From an uncultured Clostridia bacterium (lineage in GTDB: Bacteria > Bacillota > Clostridia > Tissierellales > Sedimentibacteraceae): a stretch of DNA of 64,000 nt. Within the stretch, counting starts at the first letter, position 1. Every line of letters starts with the position of its first letter. The stretch lies in the NCBI GenBank assembly GCA_964546605.1, contig CAZJKK010000001.1:3042-67041 (forward strand), read 5' to 3'. Under the pieces are notes generated by a model that was not told the DNA's origin, ran no database searches, and worked only from the letters and a program-made list of their open reading frames with translations. Below, in pieces: positions 20,080 through 30,875 of the stretch. The translations under genes were made by a program, and so were the position numbers.

Positions 20080-21486
20080 ATGAGTTTTGAGATAGATTAT
20101 GAAGAAGATGACAAGCTTCATGAAGAGTGCGGCGTGGTAGGAATTTATACTGAAAAACCTGAAATAACATCTCAGTTAGTATACTATGGATTATTTGCAT
20201 TGCAGCACAGAGGCCAAGAAAGTGCAGGTATTGCAATTGATACCGACAGTAAAATAGAATACCATAAAGATATGGGATTAGTTGCTGATGTTCTTACTAA
20301 AGAAGTTATTGACAAGTATTCAGGAAAATTGGCCATAGGACACGTGAGATATGCCACAAGCGGAGAAAGTGAGAAGCAAAATGCACAGCCATTGGTTGTA
20401 AGATACAAGGAAGGCTCTATAGCATTGGCACACAACGGAAACTTAGTAAATGCTGATTCTATGAGAAATATTCTTGAAGACAACGGTGTAATATTTCAAA
20501 CGTCCACTGATTCTGAAGTGGTTGCAAACATGTTAGCAAGACATTACAAGGGTGACATTGTAAAATCAATAAAAAATGTTACTGAAATTGTTAAAGGTGC
20601 ATATGCTTTTGTTATTATGACTGAAAAAGAGCTTATTGGTGTAAGAGACAACTACGGATTAAGACCTTTATGCCTTGGAAAAAGAAATGATGGTTATCTT
20701 TTAGCCTCAGAAAGCTGTGCCATAAGCGCCATGGGTGGAGAATTTGTGAGAGACATAGAGCCTGGTGAAATAGTTGTAATTAATGAAAATGGTGTTGAAA
20801 GTATAAAAACTAAAATATATGCTCAAAAAAAGCTTTGTATTTTTGAACATGTTTATTTTGCAAGACCAGACAGCAATTTAGATGGTGTTAACGTATATGA
20901 ATCCAGATATAATTCAGGAAGGTATTTAGCTCAAGAAGCACCTGTAAAGGCTGATTTAGTTTTTGCTGTTCCTGATTCAGGGACACCTGCAGCATTAGGT
21001 TATGCTGCTGAGTTAAATATTCCCTTTGGATTAGGTCTTATTAAAAACAGATATGCTAAAAGAACATTTATAGAACCAAGACAGGAGCTTAGAGAACAAG
21101 GAGTTAAAACAAAGCTAAGCGTATTAAAGGAAATAGTTAAGGATAAGGTAGTTGTTTTAATTGATGACAGCATTGTGAGAGGAACTACAACAAAGCAAAT
21201 TGTATCTATGGTTAAGGAAGCGGGGGCAAAAGAAGTTCATGTACGCATTGCTTCACCTCCTGTTACACATTCTTGTTTTTTCGGTATAAATACACCTGAT
21301 CGCAGTAAGCTGATTGGTGCAAATAAAACAATTGAAGAAATTAAGGAATTCATTAATGCAGACAGCTTGCATTATTTAAGTTTGGAAGGATTAGTTAAAT
21401 CAACTAATTCAACAAACAATTACTGTCAAGCATGTTTAAACGGAGATTATCCAATGGAAGTACCAAACAACGGTATAGGAGGCTAA
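20080..21486 (+). CDS. purF: amidophosphoribosyltransferase
   Basis: propeptide + [29 protein letters not shown]. Confidence 0.97.
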   Translation: MSFEIDYEEDDKLHEECGVVGIYTEKPEITSQLVYYGLFALQHRGQESAGIAIDTDSKIEYHKDMGLVADVLTKEVIDKYSGKLAIGHVRYATSGESEKQNAQPLVVRYKEGSIALAHNGNLVNADSMRNILEDNGVIFQTSTDSEVVANMLARHYKGDIVKSIKNVTEIVKGAYAFVIMTEKELIGVRDNYGLRPLCLGKRNDGYLLASESCAISAMGGEFVRDIEPGEIVVINENGVESIKTKIYAQKKLCIFEHVYFARPDSNLDGVNVYESRYNSGRYLAQEAPVKADLVFAVPDSGTPAALGYAAELNIPFGLGLIKNRYAKRTFIEPRQELREQGVKTKLSVLKEIVKDKVVVLIDDSIVRGTTTKQIVSMVKEAGAKEVHVRIASPPVTHSCFFGINTPDRSKLIGANKTIEEIKEFINADSLHYLSLEGLVKSTNSTNNYCQACLNGDYPMEVPNNGIGG

Positions 21487-21490
21487 AAGA

Positions 21491-22534
21491 ATGTCTGATA
21501 AATTAACTTATAAAGATTCTGGCGTTGATATTCATGCTGGTTATGAAACTGTTAAATTAATAAGGGATTATGTTAAAAAAACTTATACAAAAGGTGTTGT
21601 ATCCGATATAGGCGGTTTTGGAGGCATGTTTGCCTTGGATAAAAATGAATATGAAGAACCGGTATTAGTTTCTGGAACAGATGGTGTTGGAACAAAGCTT
21701 ATGATTGCTTTTAAAACTGATATTCATGACACCATAGGCGAAGATGCAGTTGCCATGTGTGTAAATGATGTAATATGCCAAGGCGCTAAGCCTTTGTTTT
21801 TCTTGGATTATATAGCAACAGGAAAACTGGACCCTAAAAAGGCAGCAGACATAGTAAAGGGAGTATCAAATGGATGCATCAAGGCTGGTGCTGCTTTAAT
21901 AGGCGGTGAAACAGCCGAAATGCCTGGTCTTTACAGTGAAGGCGAATATGATATTGCAGGCTTTTGCGTGGGTATAGTTGATAAAAAGAAAATTATAGAC
22001 GGTTCAAAAATAACAGAAGGAAACAATCTTATTGGTATTCCATCAAGCGGAATTCATTCTAATGGATATTCCCTTGTGAGAAAAATATTCTTTGACCATA
22101 AAAATTACAATACAAATGATTATGTTGAAGAGCTTGGTTGCACTTTAGGAGAAGCACTAATAACGCCCACAAGAATTTATCCGGAGTTAATACTGGATTT
22201 AATATCGAAGTTTGAAATTAATGGAATTACAAACATAACAGGTGGCGGCTTTTATGAAAATATTCCAAGAATGTTCCCGGAAGGCATAACTGCAGACATT
22301 GAAACTAAAAATATTAATGTGCTTCCGATTTTTAAGCTCATGCAAAAGGAAGGCAATGTGGATGATGATGAAATGTATTCCACATTTAATATGGGAATAG
22401 GAATGGTTTTAGCTGTTGACCACAAAATTTCAACCCAAGTTATAGATTATCTTGAAAGCTTGGGAGAAAAGCCTGTTGTTATAGGAAAGACTGTAAAAAG
22501 GGAAGGCGGTTTGAATATATGTCATCAAAAATAG
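21491..22534 (+). CDS. purM: AIR synthetase
   Basis: [32 protein letters not shown]. Confidence 0.97.
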   Translation: MSDKLTYKDSGVDIHAGYETVKLIRDYVKKTYTKGVVSDIGGFGGMFALDKNEYEEPVLVSGTDGVGTKLMIAFKTDIHDTIGEDAVAMCVNDVICQGAKPLFFLDYIATGKLDPKKAADIVKGVSNGCIKAGAALIGGETAEMPGLYSEGEYDIAGFCVGIVDKKKIIDGSKITEGNNLIGIPSSGIHSNGYSLVRKIFFDHKNYNTNDYVEELGCTLGEALITPTRIYPELILDLISKFEINGITNITGGGFYENIPRMFPEGITADIETKNINVLPIFKLMQKEGNVDDDEMYSTFNMGIGMVLAVDHKISTQVIDYLESLGEKPVVIGKTVKREGGLNICHQK

Positions 22535-23148
22535 GTGTTTTGATTTCAGGCTCAGGATCAAATCTACAAGCTCTTATTGACAATGTGGAAAACGGAAATA
22601 TTCATGGCGAAATAGCTGTTGTTATTTCCAATAGAGAAAATGCTTATGGATTAGAAAGGGCTAAAAAGCACAACATTGATGCAGTATTTATAAATCAAAA
22701 GCATTACGACAGCTTAGCTAAATTTAACAATGCCATATTAGAAGAGCTGAAAAGTCACCAAGTGGATTTAGTAGTTTTGGCAGGCTATTTAAAAATATTG
22801 TCCAACAAATTTATAGAAACATATAGGAATAAAATAATTAATATACATCCATCCTTAATTCCATCATTTTGTGGTAAAGGGTATTATGGCATAAAAGTTC
22901 ATGAGGCAGTCATTGAATACGGTGTAAAGCTTAGCGGAGCTACAGTTCATTTAGTAAATGAAGAGGCTGACAACGGACCAATAATATTGCAAGAAGCTGT
23001 TGAGGTGGAATATAAGGACACAGCTGAAACATTGCAACAAAAAGTTTTAAAAATTGAGCACAAGCTTTTACCTCTAGCAGTAAAATATTTTTGCGATGGA
23101 AAAATTGAGGTTAATGATAGAAAAGTAAAAATTAATATTAAGGAGTAA
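22519..23148 (+). CDS. purN: GAR formyltransferase
   Basis: [21 protein letters not shown]. Confidence 0.96.
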   Translation: MSSKIGVLISGSGSNLQALIDNVENGNIHGEIAVVISNRENAYGLERAKKHNIDAVFINQKHYDSLAKFNNAILEELKSHQVDLVVLAGYLKILSNKFIETYRNKIINIHPSLIPSFCGKGYYGIKVHEAVIEYGVKLSGATVHLVNEEADNGPIILQEAVEVEYKDTAETLQQKVLKIEHKLLPLAVKYFCDGKIEVNDRKVKINIKE

Positions 23149-23150
23149 TT

Positions 23151-24704
23151 ATGAGAGCTTTAATAAGCGTTTCAGATAAAACTGGGATTGTAGAGTTTGC
23201 TAAGAGTCTTCAAGAGTTAGACATTGAAATAATATCAACAGGAGGCACCCATAAAGCTTTGGAAGATGCAGGCATTAAGGTTACCGGAATTTCTGATGTA
23301 ACAGGATTTCCTGAGTGCCTTGACGGCAGAGTTAAAACACTACATCCAAATATTCATGCAGGACTTTTGGCAATGCGTTCAAATTCTCAGCATATGGAAC
23401 AGCTGGAACAATTAAATATAGAAACAATAGATATTGTGGTAGTTAACTTATATCCCTTCAAGGATACCATATTAAAAGAAAATGTATCTAGACATGATGC
23501 TATTGAAAATATAGACATAGGCGGACCTACAATGCTTCGTTCTGCTGCAAAAAATTATCAGGACGTGGCTGTATTAGTGGACCCTAGTGATTATGGCAAC
23601 GTAATTGAGGAACTTAAAACAAATGGTAAAGTATCTCTAGACACTAAGTTTTATCTTTGTTCAAAGGTATTTGAGCATACAGCCCATTATGACACATTAA
23701 TAGCTGCGTACATGAAAAAGGAAAGAAAAGACTTTGATCTTCCAAAAACTATTACCATGACCTATGAAAAGGTTCAGGATATGCGCTATGGTGAAAATCC
23801 TCATCAAAAGGCTGCATTTTATAAAGAAGTTTCAATTAATAAGGGATTGCTGTCTAGTGCAGTGCAGCTTCACGGAAAAGAGCTTTCTTTTAACAATATT
23901 AACGATACAAATGGAGCACTTGAACTCCTTAAAGAGTTTGACGAGCCTACGGTTGTTGCTTGCAAGCATGCAAATCCATGTGGAGTGGGAACAGGTGACA
24001 ATATTTATGATGCGTATATGAAAGCATACTATGCAGACCCAACATCTATTTTTGGTGGAATTGTAGTATTCAACAGAGAAATAGATGAAAAAACTGCAGA
24101 AGAAATCAATAAAATATTTATCGAAATAATTGTAGCTCCTTCTTATAATAAAAAAGCTTTGGAAATTCTAAATCAAAAGAAAAATATAAGGCTTTTGTTG
24201 TTAGAAGATATTTTGAATAAGCAAGATGAAAATGCATATGACCTTAAGAAGGTTGCAGGAGGATTGCTAGTTCAAACTATTGATTCCAAATTATTGCCAG
24301 AGGAAGAAATAAAGGTTGTAACAAAAAAAACACCTACTGAGCAAGAAAAAAAAGATATGCTCATGGCATGGAAAATAGTAAAGCATACAAAGTCCAATGC
24401 TATTACAATAGTTAAAAACGGGCAGTCCATAGGTATTGGACCTGGCCAGGTAAATCGTATATGGGCGTGTAAACAAGCTATTGAACATGGTATGGAATTT
24501 TTAGGAAAAGAAAGCTTGATAGGAGCTTGTATGGCTTCAGATGCATTTTTCCCATTTCCGGATTGTGCCCTAGAAGCAGCTAAGGCAGGCATAACTGCTA
24601 TAATTCAACCCGGCGGTTCCTTAAAAGATGATTTATCCATAGAAGAATGCGATAAAAACAATATTTCTATGATATTTACCAATATGAGACACTTCAAACA
24701 TTAA
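23151..24704 (+). CDS. purH: AICAR transformylase / IMP cyclohydrolase
   Basis: [44 protein letters not shown]. Confidence 0.98.
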   Translation: MRALISVSDKTGIVEFAKSLQELDIEIISTGGTHKALEDAGIKVTGISDVTGFPECLDGRVKTLHPNIHAGLLAMRSNSQHMEQLEQLNIETIDIVVVNLYPFKDTILKENVSRHDAIENIDIGGPTMLRSAAKNYQDVAVLVDPSDYGNVIEELKTNGKVSLDTKFYLCSKVFEHTAHYDTLIAAYMKKERKDFDLPKTITMTYEKVQDMRYGENPHQKAAFYKEVSINKGLLSSAVQLHGKELSFNNINDTNGALELLKEFDEPTVVACKHANPCGVGTGDNIYDAYMKAYYADPTSIFGGIVVFNREIDEKTAEEINKIFIEIIVAPSYNKKALEILNQKKNIRLLLLEDILNKQDENAYDLKKVAGGLLVQTIDSKLLPEEEIKVVTKKTPTEQEKKDMLMAWKIVKHTKSNAITIVKNGQSIGIGPGQVNRIWACKQAIEHGMEFLGKESLIGACMASDAFFPFPDCALEAAKAGITAIIQPGGSLKDDLSIEECDKNNISMIFTNMRHFKH

Positions 24705-24719
24705 AAGGAGTTGAAGCTT

Positions 24720-25973
24720 ATGAAAATTCTGGTTGTAGGAAGCGGTGCAAGAGAACATGCAATTTGTTGGAAGTTAAGTAAGGAAAGTAAGGTAACTAAA
24801 ATATATTGTACTCCAGGAAATGCAGGTATTTCTCAAATTGCTGAATGCATAAACATTAGTGTTGACAGTATTAATGAATTGGCCAATTTTGCATATTTAT
24901 ATAAAATTGATCTTGTGGTGATTGGACCGGAAGTACCATTAGTTGCAGGCCTGGCAGATTTATTAAAGGATAAGGGAATCAAAGTATTTGGACCAACAAA
25001 AAACGGAGCAAGATTAGAAGGCAGTAAGACATATTCTAAGGATTTCATGAAAAAATACAACATACCTACTGCAAAATATGAATCTTTTATAGACCCAAAA
25101 AGAGCATTAAAAGCGTTAGACGGGTTTAATGAGCCTTTAGTTGTTAAGGCTGACGGACTTGCTGCAGGGAAAGGTGTTATTATTTGCAACACAAAAAAAG
25201 AAGCAGAAGAAGCTATAAAAAGTATAATGAATGATAGAAAGTTCGGTGATGCAGGTAACACTGTTGTAATAGAGGAGTTTCTGGAAGGAACTGAAGCTTC
25301 ACTATTGTGCTTTGTAGATGGTAACAATATTATACCTATGGAAAGTGCCAGAGATTATAAAAAGGCATATGACAACGATGAGGGATTAAATACTGGCGGA
25401 ATGGGCTGTTTTTCACCTAATACTATTTATACAGAGGAGTTAAAAAAATATATTAAGCAAAATATTCTAGATAATACTTTAAAAGGTTTAAAAGAAGAGT
25501 GTATTGATTTTGTGGGTGTGATATTCATTGGACTTATGATTAAAGATAATGAAGCAAAGGTGTTAGAATACAATACTCGCTTTGGGGACCCTGAGACAGA
25601 AGTGGTTCTTCCTAGGTTGAGATCAAGCTTAGCCGACATAATGCTAAATTGCGTGAATAATAATTTAAAAAAAGAAGATTTGCAATGGGTTGAAGAAAGT
25701 TGCGTAACTGTAGTGCTGGCTTCAGGAGGATATCCGGAAAGCTATGAAAAAGGCAAAATAATAACAGGTTTAAGTGATTTGGATGATGATATTGTTGTAT
25801 TTCACGGAGGCACTAAATATTTAAATGACAAAATGGTGACTGATGGCGGAAGAGTGCTTGCAATTACAGCAATGGGAAAAAACCTTGAAGAAGCAAGAGA
25901 GAAAATATATAAGAATATTTTAAAAATAAATTTTGAAAACATGGAATATAGAAAAGATATAGCAAAGCTTTAA
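24720..25973 (+). CDS. purD: phosphoribosylamine-glycine ligase
   Basis: GSGAREHA, KADGLAAGKGV, NTGGMG, RFGDPE. Confidence 0.97.
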   Translation: MKILVVGSGAREHAICWKLSKESKVTKIYCTPGNAGISQIAECINISVDSINELANFAYLYKIDLVVIGPEVPLVAGLADLLKDKGIKVFGPTKNGARLEGSKTYSKDFMKKYNIPTAKYESFIDPKRALKALDGFNEPLVVKADGLAAGKGVIICNTKKEAEEAIKSIMNDRKFGDAGNTVVIEEFLEGTEASLLCFVDGNNIIPMESARDYKKAYDNDEGLNTGGMGCFSPNTIYTEELKKYIKQNILDNTLKGLKEECIDFVGVIFIGLMIKDNEAKVLEYNTRFGDPETEVVLPRLRSSLADIMLNCVNNNLKKEDLQWVEESCVTVVLASGGYPESYEKGKIITGLSDLDDDIVVFHGGTKYLNDKMVTDGGRVLAITAMGKNLEEAREKIYKNILKINFENMEYRKDIAKL

Positions 25974-25978
25974 TAGTA

Positions 25979-26009
25979 TAAGGGGACGCTTCTTGACAGC
26001 GTCCCCTTA
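25979..26009. terminator. GGGGAC/GTCCCC hairpin after purD
   Basis: TAAGGGGACGCT-N7-AGCGTCCCCTTA. Confidence 0.7.
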
Positions 26010-26087
26010 AATTTAATTTTTTATCTTTTTATCATGATGAACAAGTATCTGAATATATTAATTATATAATGGAAAATAGGGGGTAAT

Positions 26088-27359
26088 ATGTTCATTCATG
26101 TTGTTCAAAATGGAGAAGTGTTATGGAAAATAGCTGATTATTATAAAGTTGACATTAATTCTATTATTGAGGCAAATTATTTGCCTGATCCCAGCAAGCT
26201 TTTAGTGGGGCAATCTTTAATAATTCCAACCAAAAGCAATACATATGTTGTTAGGCCAGGGGATACTGCTTGGAAAATAGCAGCAAGCTTTGGTGTTTCG
26301 GTTCCGGATTTATTGTGGCAAAACAAGATTTTAAATGCTAATAATTTATATATCGGACAAATTATAACCATACCTGAAAGATATAAGCCAGAAATAGAGG
26401 TAAATGCTTTTACCTATATATTGGGACAGGATGCAGTGCCTGTTGTAAGTGAGGTTGGAGACGAACTCACATATTTGACTCCTTTTGCATATTTAATTAA
26501 TGAGGATGGAAGTTTGGTACCTATTGATGATGAAGCTGCTATTGGAGAAGCCATATCTCATGGTATTGTTCCTATGATGTCAATTGTAAACTTTACTTAC
26601 AATGTAGCAGGACAAAATGTTGCAAATATGGTATTGAATAATCCTGAAGTTGTAAATACACTCAACAACAATATTATTAATGTAATGAAGGATAAGGGCT
26701 ATAGAGGCTTAAATATAGATTTTGAATATGTGCTGCCGGAGGATAGGGAGGCATATAACACATATTTACAACAAACCGTTGAAAGATTACACAATGAAGG
26801 TTTCTTTGTTTCAACATCTTTAGCTCCTAAGTATGGCCCTGAGCAAATAGGACTTTTATATGAAGCACATGATTACCCGGCACATGGGAGATTAGCTGAT
26901 TTTGTTGTGTTAATGACTTATGAATGGGGTTGGAGAGGAGGTCAGCCAAGAGCCATTTCTCCTATTAATGAAATTGAAAAGGTATTAGATTATGCAGTAA
27001 CAGTAATACCAAGAGATAAAATTTTAATGGGCTTTCAAATATATGCAAGAGATTGGAAGCTGCCATTTGTTGAGGGTCAAGTAGCAGATACCATAAGCGT
27101 TGAGGCAGCCATGGATATAGCATATGCACATAATGCGATGATTCAATATGATTACCTGGCTCAATCACCATTTTTTCGATACACCGACCAAGAAGGAAAT
27201 GCTCATGAGGTATGGTTTGAGGATGCCAGAAGTGCACAAGCTAAATTTGATGCTGTTAAGGAATATAATCTAAGGGGATTAAGCTATTGGGGACTTGGAT
27301 ATCCATTTACACAAAACTGGGTGTTATTGCAGGATAATTTTAATATAAGAAAATTATAA
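26088..27359 (+). CDS. LysM-LysM-GH18 spore cortex hydrolase (YaaH/SleL/YdhD-like)
   Basis: Two LysM repeats, GLNIDFEY, MTYEWG, VWFEDARS..AKF. Confidence 0.9.
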   Translation: MFIHVVQNGEVLWKIADYYKVDINSIIEANYLPDPSKLLVGQSLIIPTKSNTYVVRPGDTAWKIAASFGVSVPDLLWQNKILNANNLYIGQIITIPERYKPEIEVNAFTYILGQDAVPVVSEVGDELTYLTPFAYLINEDGSLVPIDDEAAIGEAISHGIVPMMSIVNFTYNVAGQNVANMVLNNPEVVNTLNNNIINVMKDKGYRGLNIDFEYVLPEDREAYNTYLQQTVERLHNEGFFVSTSLAPKYGPEQIGLLYEAHDYPAHGRLADFVVLMTYEWGWRGGQPRAISPINEIEKVLDYAVTVIPRDKILMGFQIYARDWKLPFVEGQVADTISVEAAMDIAYAHNAMIQYDYLAQSPFFRYTDQEGNAHEVWFEDARSAQAKFDAVKEYNLRGLSYWGLGYPFTQNWVLLQDNFNIRKL

Positions 27360-27369
27360 TTGAAATATC

Positions 27370-27398
27370 AAGAAGTACCCAAAGAAGGGTGCTTTTTT
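27370..27398 (+). terminator. intrinsic terminator
   Basis: AAGAAGTACCC...GGGTGCTTTTTT. Confidence 0.7.
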
Positions 27399-27443
27399 GA
27401 TTTTAATAATAATGCAAAATTTATAATAAAATCAAAAAAGTAT

Positions 27444-27472
27444 TTGACAAGAAGGGTTGTACCATTTATAAT
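27444..27472 (+). promoter_or_regulatory. sigmaA promoter of metY
   Basis: TTGACA-17 bp-TATAAT. Confidence 0.8.
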
Positions 27473-27529
27473 AGATAAAATAAAATCTTACAAAACATAT
27501 AAGATAACTAATAGATGAAGGAGATAAAT

Positions 27530-28813
27530 ATGTCAGATGAAAGAAAATTAAAATTTGAAACACTACAGCTTCATGCAGGACAAGAAAATCCAGACCCGTC
27601 AACAGATTCAAGAGCGGTTCCTATTTATATGACATCATCCTATGTATTTAAGGACAGTGCTCAAGCAGCAAACAGATTTAATTTAAGTGAAGGGGGTAAT
27701 ATTTATACACGTTTAATGAATCCAACTTCATCTATTTTTGAAGAAAGAATAAATGCATTAGAAGGCGGAATAGGTGCACTTTCTACTGCAAGCGGGGCTG
27801 CAGCCATTACATATGCTGTGAAGAATCTTGCACGTAATGGCGACCATGTGGTATCAGCAAATACAATTTATGGCGGTACATATAATTTGTTTGCTCATAC
27901 ATTAGAAGATGAAGGTATTACAACAACATTCGTTGATCCTGATGTAGAAGGCTCTTTTGAAAAAGCTATACAGGAAAATACAAAATTAATATTTATAGAA
28001 ACTCTTGGAAATCCGAATTCCAGCGTAATAGATATTAAAAAGGTTGCAGAAATAGCACATGCACACAATATTCCATTGATAGTTGATAACACATTTGCTT
28101 CTCCATACCTTTTACGTCCAATTGAGTATGGTGCAGACATAGTTGTACATTCAGCAACAAAGTTCATTGGTGGTCACGGAACAGCGATGGGAGGAGTAAT
28201 TGTTGACAGCGGTAATTTTGATTGGGAAGCTAGCGGTAAATTTGATATTTTGACGCAGCCAAATCCAAGTTATCATGGAATTAGCTTCACTCAGGCCGCG
28301 GGAAAAGCTGCATATATTATTAAAGCAAGAACAACATTAATGAGAGATTTAGGAGCAACAATAAGCCCATTTAATTCATTCTTGTTGTTACAAGGATTAG
28401 AAACATTGTCCCTTAGAGTTGAAAGGCATGTTGAAAATGCATTAAAGGTGGTTGAATTTTTAAATAATCATCAAAATGTGGAAAATGTAAATCATCCAAG
28501 CTTAAAAGATAATCCGTATAACAAATTGTACAATGAATATTTCCCTAAAGGAGCCGGTTCAATTTTCACATTTGAAATTAAAGGCACTGCAGAAGATGCA
28601 ACAGCTTTTATTGATCGTCTGCAAATATTCAGTCTGTTAGCAAATGTAGCTGATGTAAAATCATTAGTTATACATCCGGCAAGCACAACTCATAGTCAGA
28701 TGACACATGAAGAATTAAAAGATAGTGGAATTAAACCAAATACCATTAGATTATCCATAGGAACCGAACACATAGACGATATCATTTATGACTTAAACCA
28801 AGCATTGCAATAA
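27530..28813 (+). CDS. metY: O-acetylhomoserine / O-acetylserine sulfhydrylase
   Basis: FETLQLHAGQ, YTRLMNPT, HSATKFIGGHG, LLANVADVKSLVIHPASTTHSQ. Confidence 0.92.
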   Translation: MSDERKLKFETLQLHAGQENPDPSTDSRAVPIYMTSSYVFKDSAQAANRFNLSEGGNIYTRLMNPTSSIFEERINALEGGIGALSTASGAAAITYAVKNLARNGDHVVSANTIYGGTYNLFAHTLEDEGITTTFVDPDVEGSFEKAIQENTKLIFIETLGNPNSSVIDIKKVAEIAHAHNIPLIVDNTFASPYLLRPIEYGADIVVHSATKFIGGHGTAMGGVIVDSGNFDWEASGKFDILTQPNPSYHGISFTQAAGKAAYIIKARTTLMRDLGATISPFNSFLLLQGLETLSLRVERHVENALKVVEFLNNHQNVENVNHPSLKDNPYNKLYNEYFPKGAGSIFTFEIKGTAEDATAFIDRLQIFSLLANVADVKSLVIHPASTTHSQMTHEELKDSGIKPNTIRLSIGTEHIDDIIYDLNQALQ

Positions 28814-28826
28814 AAGTTATAATAGT

Positions 28827-28855
28827 AAAAGGATGGCATATTGCTATCCTTTTTT
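28827..28855. terminator. bidirectional terminator between metY and the NhaC gene
   Basis: AAAAGGATGGCA-TAT-TGCTATCCTTTT between convergent genes. Confidence 0.8.
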
Positions 28856-28869
28856 ATTTTACGGTAACT

Positions 28870-30195
28870 TTATTTTGCAACAATATGAGATTTGAAATTT
28901 GGTATTTTAATAGTATTTATTAATGGTACCAAGAACAAATATACTGCATAGATAATACTAGCTGAATCAACAGACAAGGTAGCAAGGGGAACTGCTATGG
29001 CTATGCTCCATGGAAAAAGTTGTGCTGTCATGACTGATGTATTTTCTAAATCTATTGCCATTTCTTCTTTTTGTAATCCCTTTTCAGCATATATTTTATT
29101 CATTAATTGATGTGTCAATAAAATAGATAGAGATTGATTGCAACAAAATGCAGCTGTTACGAGGGAGGTAAATAATGTAGTCTTAAATGTTCCTATTTTA
29201 TTGCTCATTTTATTAAGTAGTCCTTGTATGCTGTTAAGCATTCCTGTTTTTTCAAATATACCTGTATAGGATGAAGCTATGAGGACTATGAGAGAAACCC
29301 TGAGCATGGAAAATAATCCTCCTCCTGACATTATACTTGCCAAAGAGCTTTCCCCACCAAGCTTAAAACCAAAAATCATGGTTTTCAAAATTTCAGTTAT
29401 AGCCATTTTTTGAATAAACAAACAAACCATTAATGCAGTGATAATGCTAAAAAACATGGATACTTTAACGCTTTTTCTAAATAATGCAAATATAAATATT
29501 ATTATTGCCGGAAGCATTGTTACTAGATTTAAGTTAAAATAGTGAGAAATTTCGTTAATTAAAATTGTATTTGTTATATTTATGGGATTATTTTTTGACA
29601 AGAAATAATAAATAATGATTGTAATTAAGAATGGGGCTGCACCTGTTACAAACATTCTTTTTATATTGCCATATAAATCAGTATTTGTAATTGTGGCAAC
29701 CAGGTTGGCACTAGAAGATGTGGGAGAGCATCTGTCTCCAAAAAGTGCTCCGGAAACAATTGCACCTGCTGCAACACTGGTGTTAACTCCTCCACCTTTT
29801 GCTAAAACAATTAATACAACTCCAATTGTTCCCACGGTACCAAAGCTTGTGCCAAGGGCAAAGGAAACTATACATGTAAGTAAAAATGCAAACAATATAA
29901 AATAATCAGGATTCATTAGCTTTGTTCCGTAATATACAAAAAACGGAATAGTTCCGCTGGCTCTCCAAGTGGCTGTTATCATTCCAATTAACGCAAATAT
30001 GGGCATTAACTGAAAAGCTTTTTTCATACCTTTTATAATCATTTTACATATTGCTTTGATGCTATAACCTCTGTGAAAAGCTGTAAACGAAAATGCAAAC
30101 ATACCAATAATTAAGGGAATTAGAATAGAAATATTCTTTGTTAAGCTAAAAATTAGTGAAATTGTAAATATAACAACGGAAATTAAAAAGTCCAT
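28870..30195 (-). CDS. NhaC-family antiporter / amino-acid transporter
   Basis: Multi-TM; W..SGTIP, GTSFGTVGTIG, GA.FGDRCSP.SS, LE.T. Confidence 0.88.
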   Translation of the reverse strand: MDFLISVVIFTISLIFSLTKNISILIPLIIGMFAFSFTAFHRGYSIKAICKMIIKGMKKAFQLMPIFALIGMITATWRASGTIPFFVYYGTKLMNPDYFILFAFLLTCIVSFALGTSFGTVGTIGVVLIVLAKGGGVNTSVAAGAIVSGALFGDRCSPTSSSANLVATITNTDLYGNIKRMFVTGAAPFLITIIIYYFLSKNNPINITNTILINEISHYFNLNLVTMLPAIIIFIFALFRKSVKVSMFFSIITALMVCLFIQKMAITEILKTMIFGFKLGGESSLASIMSGGGLFSMLRVSLIVLIASSYTGIFEKTGMLNSIQGLLNKMSNKIGTFKTTLFTSLVTAAFCCNQSLSILLTHQLMNKIYAEKGLQKEEMAIDLENTSVMTAQLFPWSIAIAVPLATLSVDSASIIYAVYLFLVPLINTIKIPNFKSHIVAK

Positions 30196-30297
30196 AGCAT
30201 GCTCCTAAGTATTAAAACTAATAAATATTATATAGAGAAGTTTGAAAAAAAACAATACTGATTATATATATGCGCAGTATATTTATATACGTTATAC

Positions 30298-30411
30298 GCA
30301 GTCTCGTTCACCAAATTATTCGCTCCTAACGTCGCATAATTTGGGAACTCGTTGCGGCTGACCTACCGCCATTTTTCAGAGAAAAGCACTCTGAAAAATG
30401 GGGTTAGGGCA
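30298..30411 (-). repeat. two-hairpin dispersed repeat, copy 2
   Basis: Reverse complement shares CCTAACCC, CGGTAGGTCAG and CCCAA.T..TGCGAC....GGAGC...A..TTGGTGA with 7967-8082. Confidence 0.75.
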
Positions 30412-30414
30412 AGC

Positions 30415-30452
30415 AAAATAAGACCATCGTCCAGCTACGATGGTCTTATTTT
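30415..30452. terminator. strong hairpin terminator (ends the LDCC gene transcript)
   Basis: AAAATAAGACCATCGT-N6-ACGATGGTCTTATTTT. Confidence 0.85.
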
Positions 30453-30485
30453 ATGCTTTATATTAGGAGATTAACCTGTAAATAG

Positions 30486-30608
30486 TTATTTGCTTTTTTG
30501 AGTGTTGCTATTTTTATTTAATGAGCAGCAATCCAATGGCTGTCCCTTAAAGGACTCACTGTTTGATTTAGCGAGATTATCAATAAATTTCTTTATCCAT
30601 TTAAACAT
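30486..30608 (-). CDS. LDCC-motif putative metal-binding microprotein (40 aa), not in ORF track
   Basis: Hand translation MFKWIKKFIDNLAKSNSESFKGQPLDCCSLNKNSNTQKSK; RBS AAGGTGGTG; followed by a terminator. Confidence 0.85.
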   Translation of the reverse strand: MFKWIKKFIDNLAKSNSESFKGQPLDCCSLNKNSNTQKSK

Positions 30609-30655
30609 AATGACACCACCTTTTGCTGAATTATATTTTTATTATAGTTAACAAA

Positions 30656-30714
30656 TGTGAAGATTTTATGAAGAAAATATATAAATATATTTGATTCTAC
30701 ATAATTTCTTCATA
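30656..30714. promoter_or_regulatory. mirror-image pairs of 11-bp-spaced direct repeats (OmpR-family boxes)
   Basis: TGTGAAGA/TATGAAGA (30656, 30667) and TCTACATA/TCTTCATA (30696, 30707). Confidence 0.65.
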
Positions 30715-30756
30715 GAAATTATTTAAAATATATAAAAATAATTGAAAGAGGTAATT

Positions 30757-30867
30757 ATGTGTTGCGGAGGAAGAAGACCAGATTATAATTTTAAGTTTAA
30801 AGATTGCATAATACCAGGTATTGTAATAATTTTGTTGGCAATAATCATAAGTCTAATTAAACCATAG
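30757..30867 (+). CDS. small Cys-rich membrane peptide (36 aa), not in ORF track
   Basis: Hand translation MCCGGRRPDYNFKFKDCIIPGIVIILLAIIISLIKP; RBS AAGAGG; ends 8 bp before the next gene. Confidence 0.7.
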   Translation: MCCGGRRPDYNFKFKDCIIPGIVIILLAIIISLIKP

Positions 30868-30875
30868 AGGTAAAT

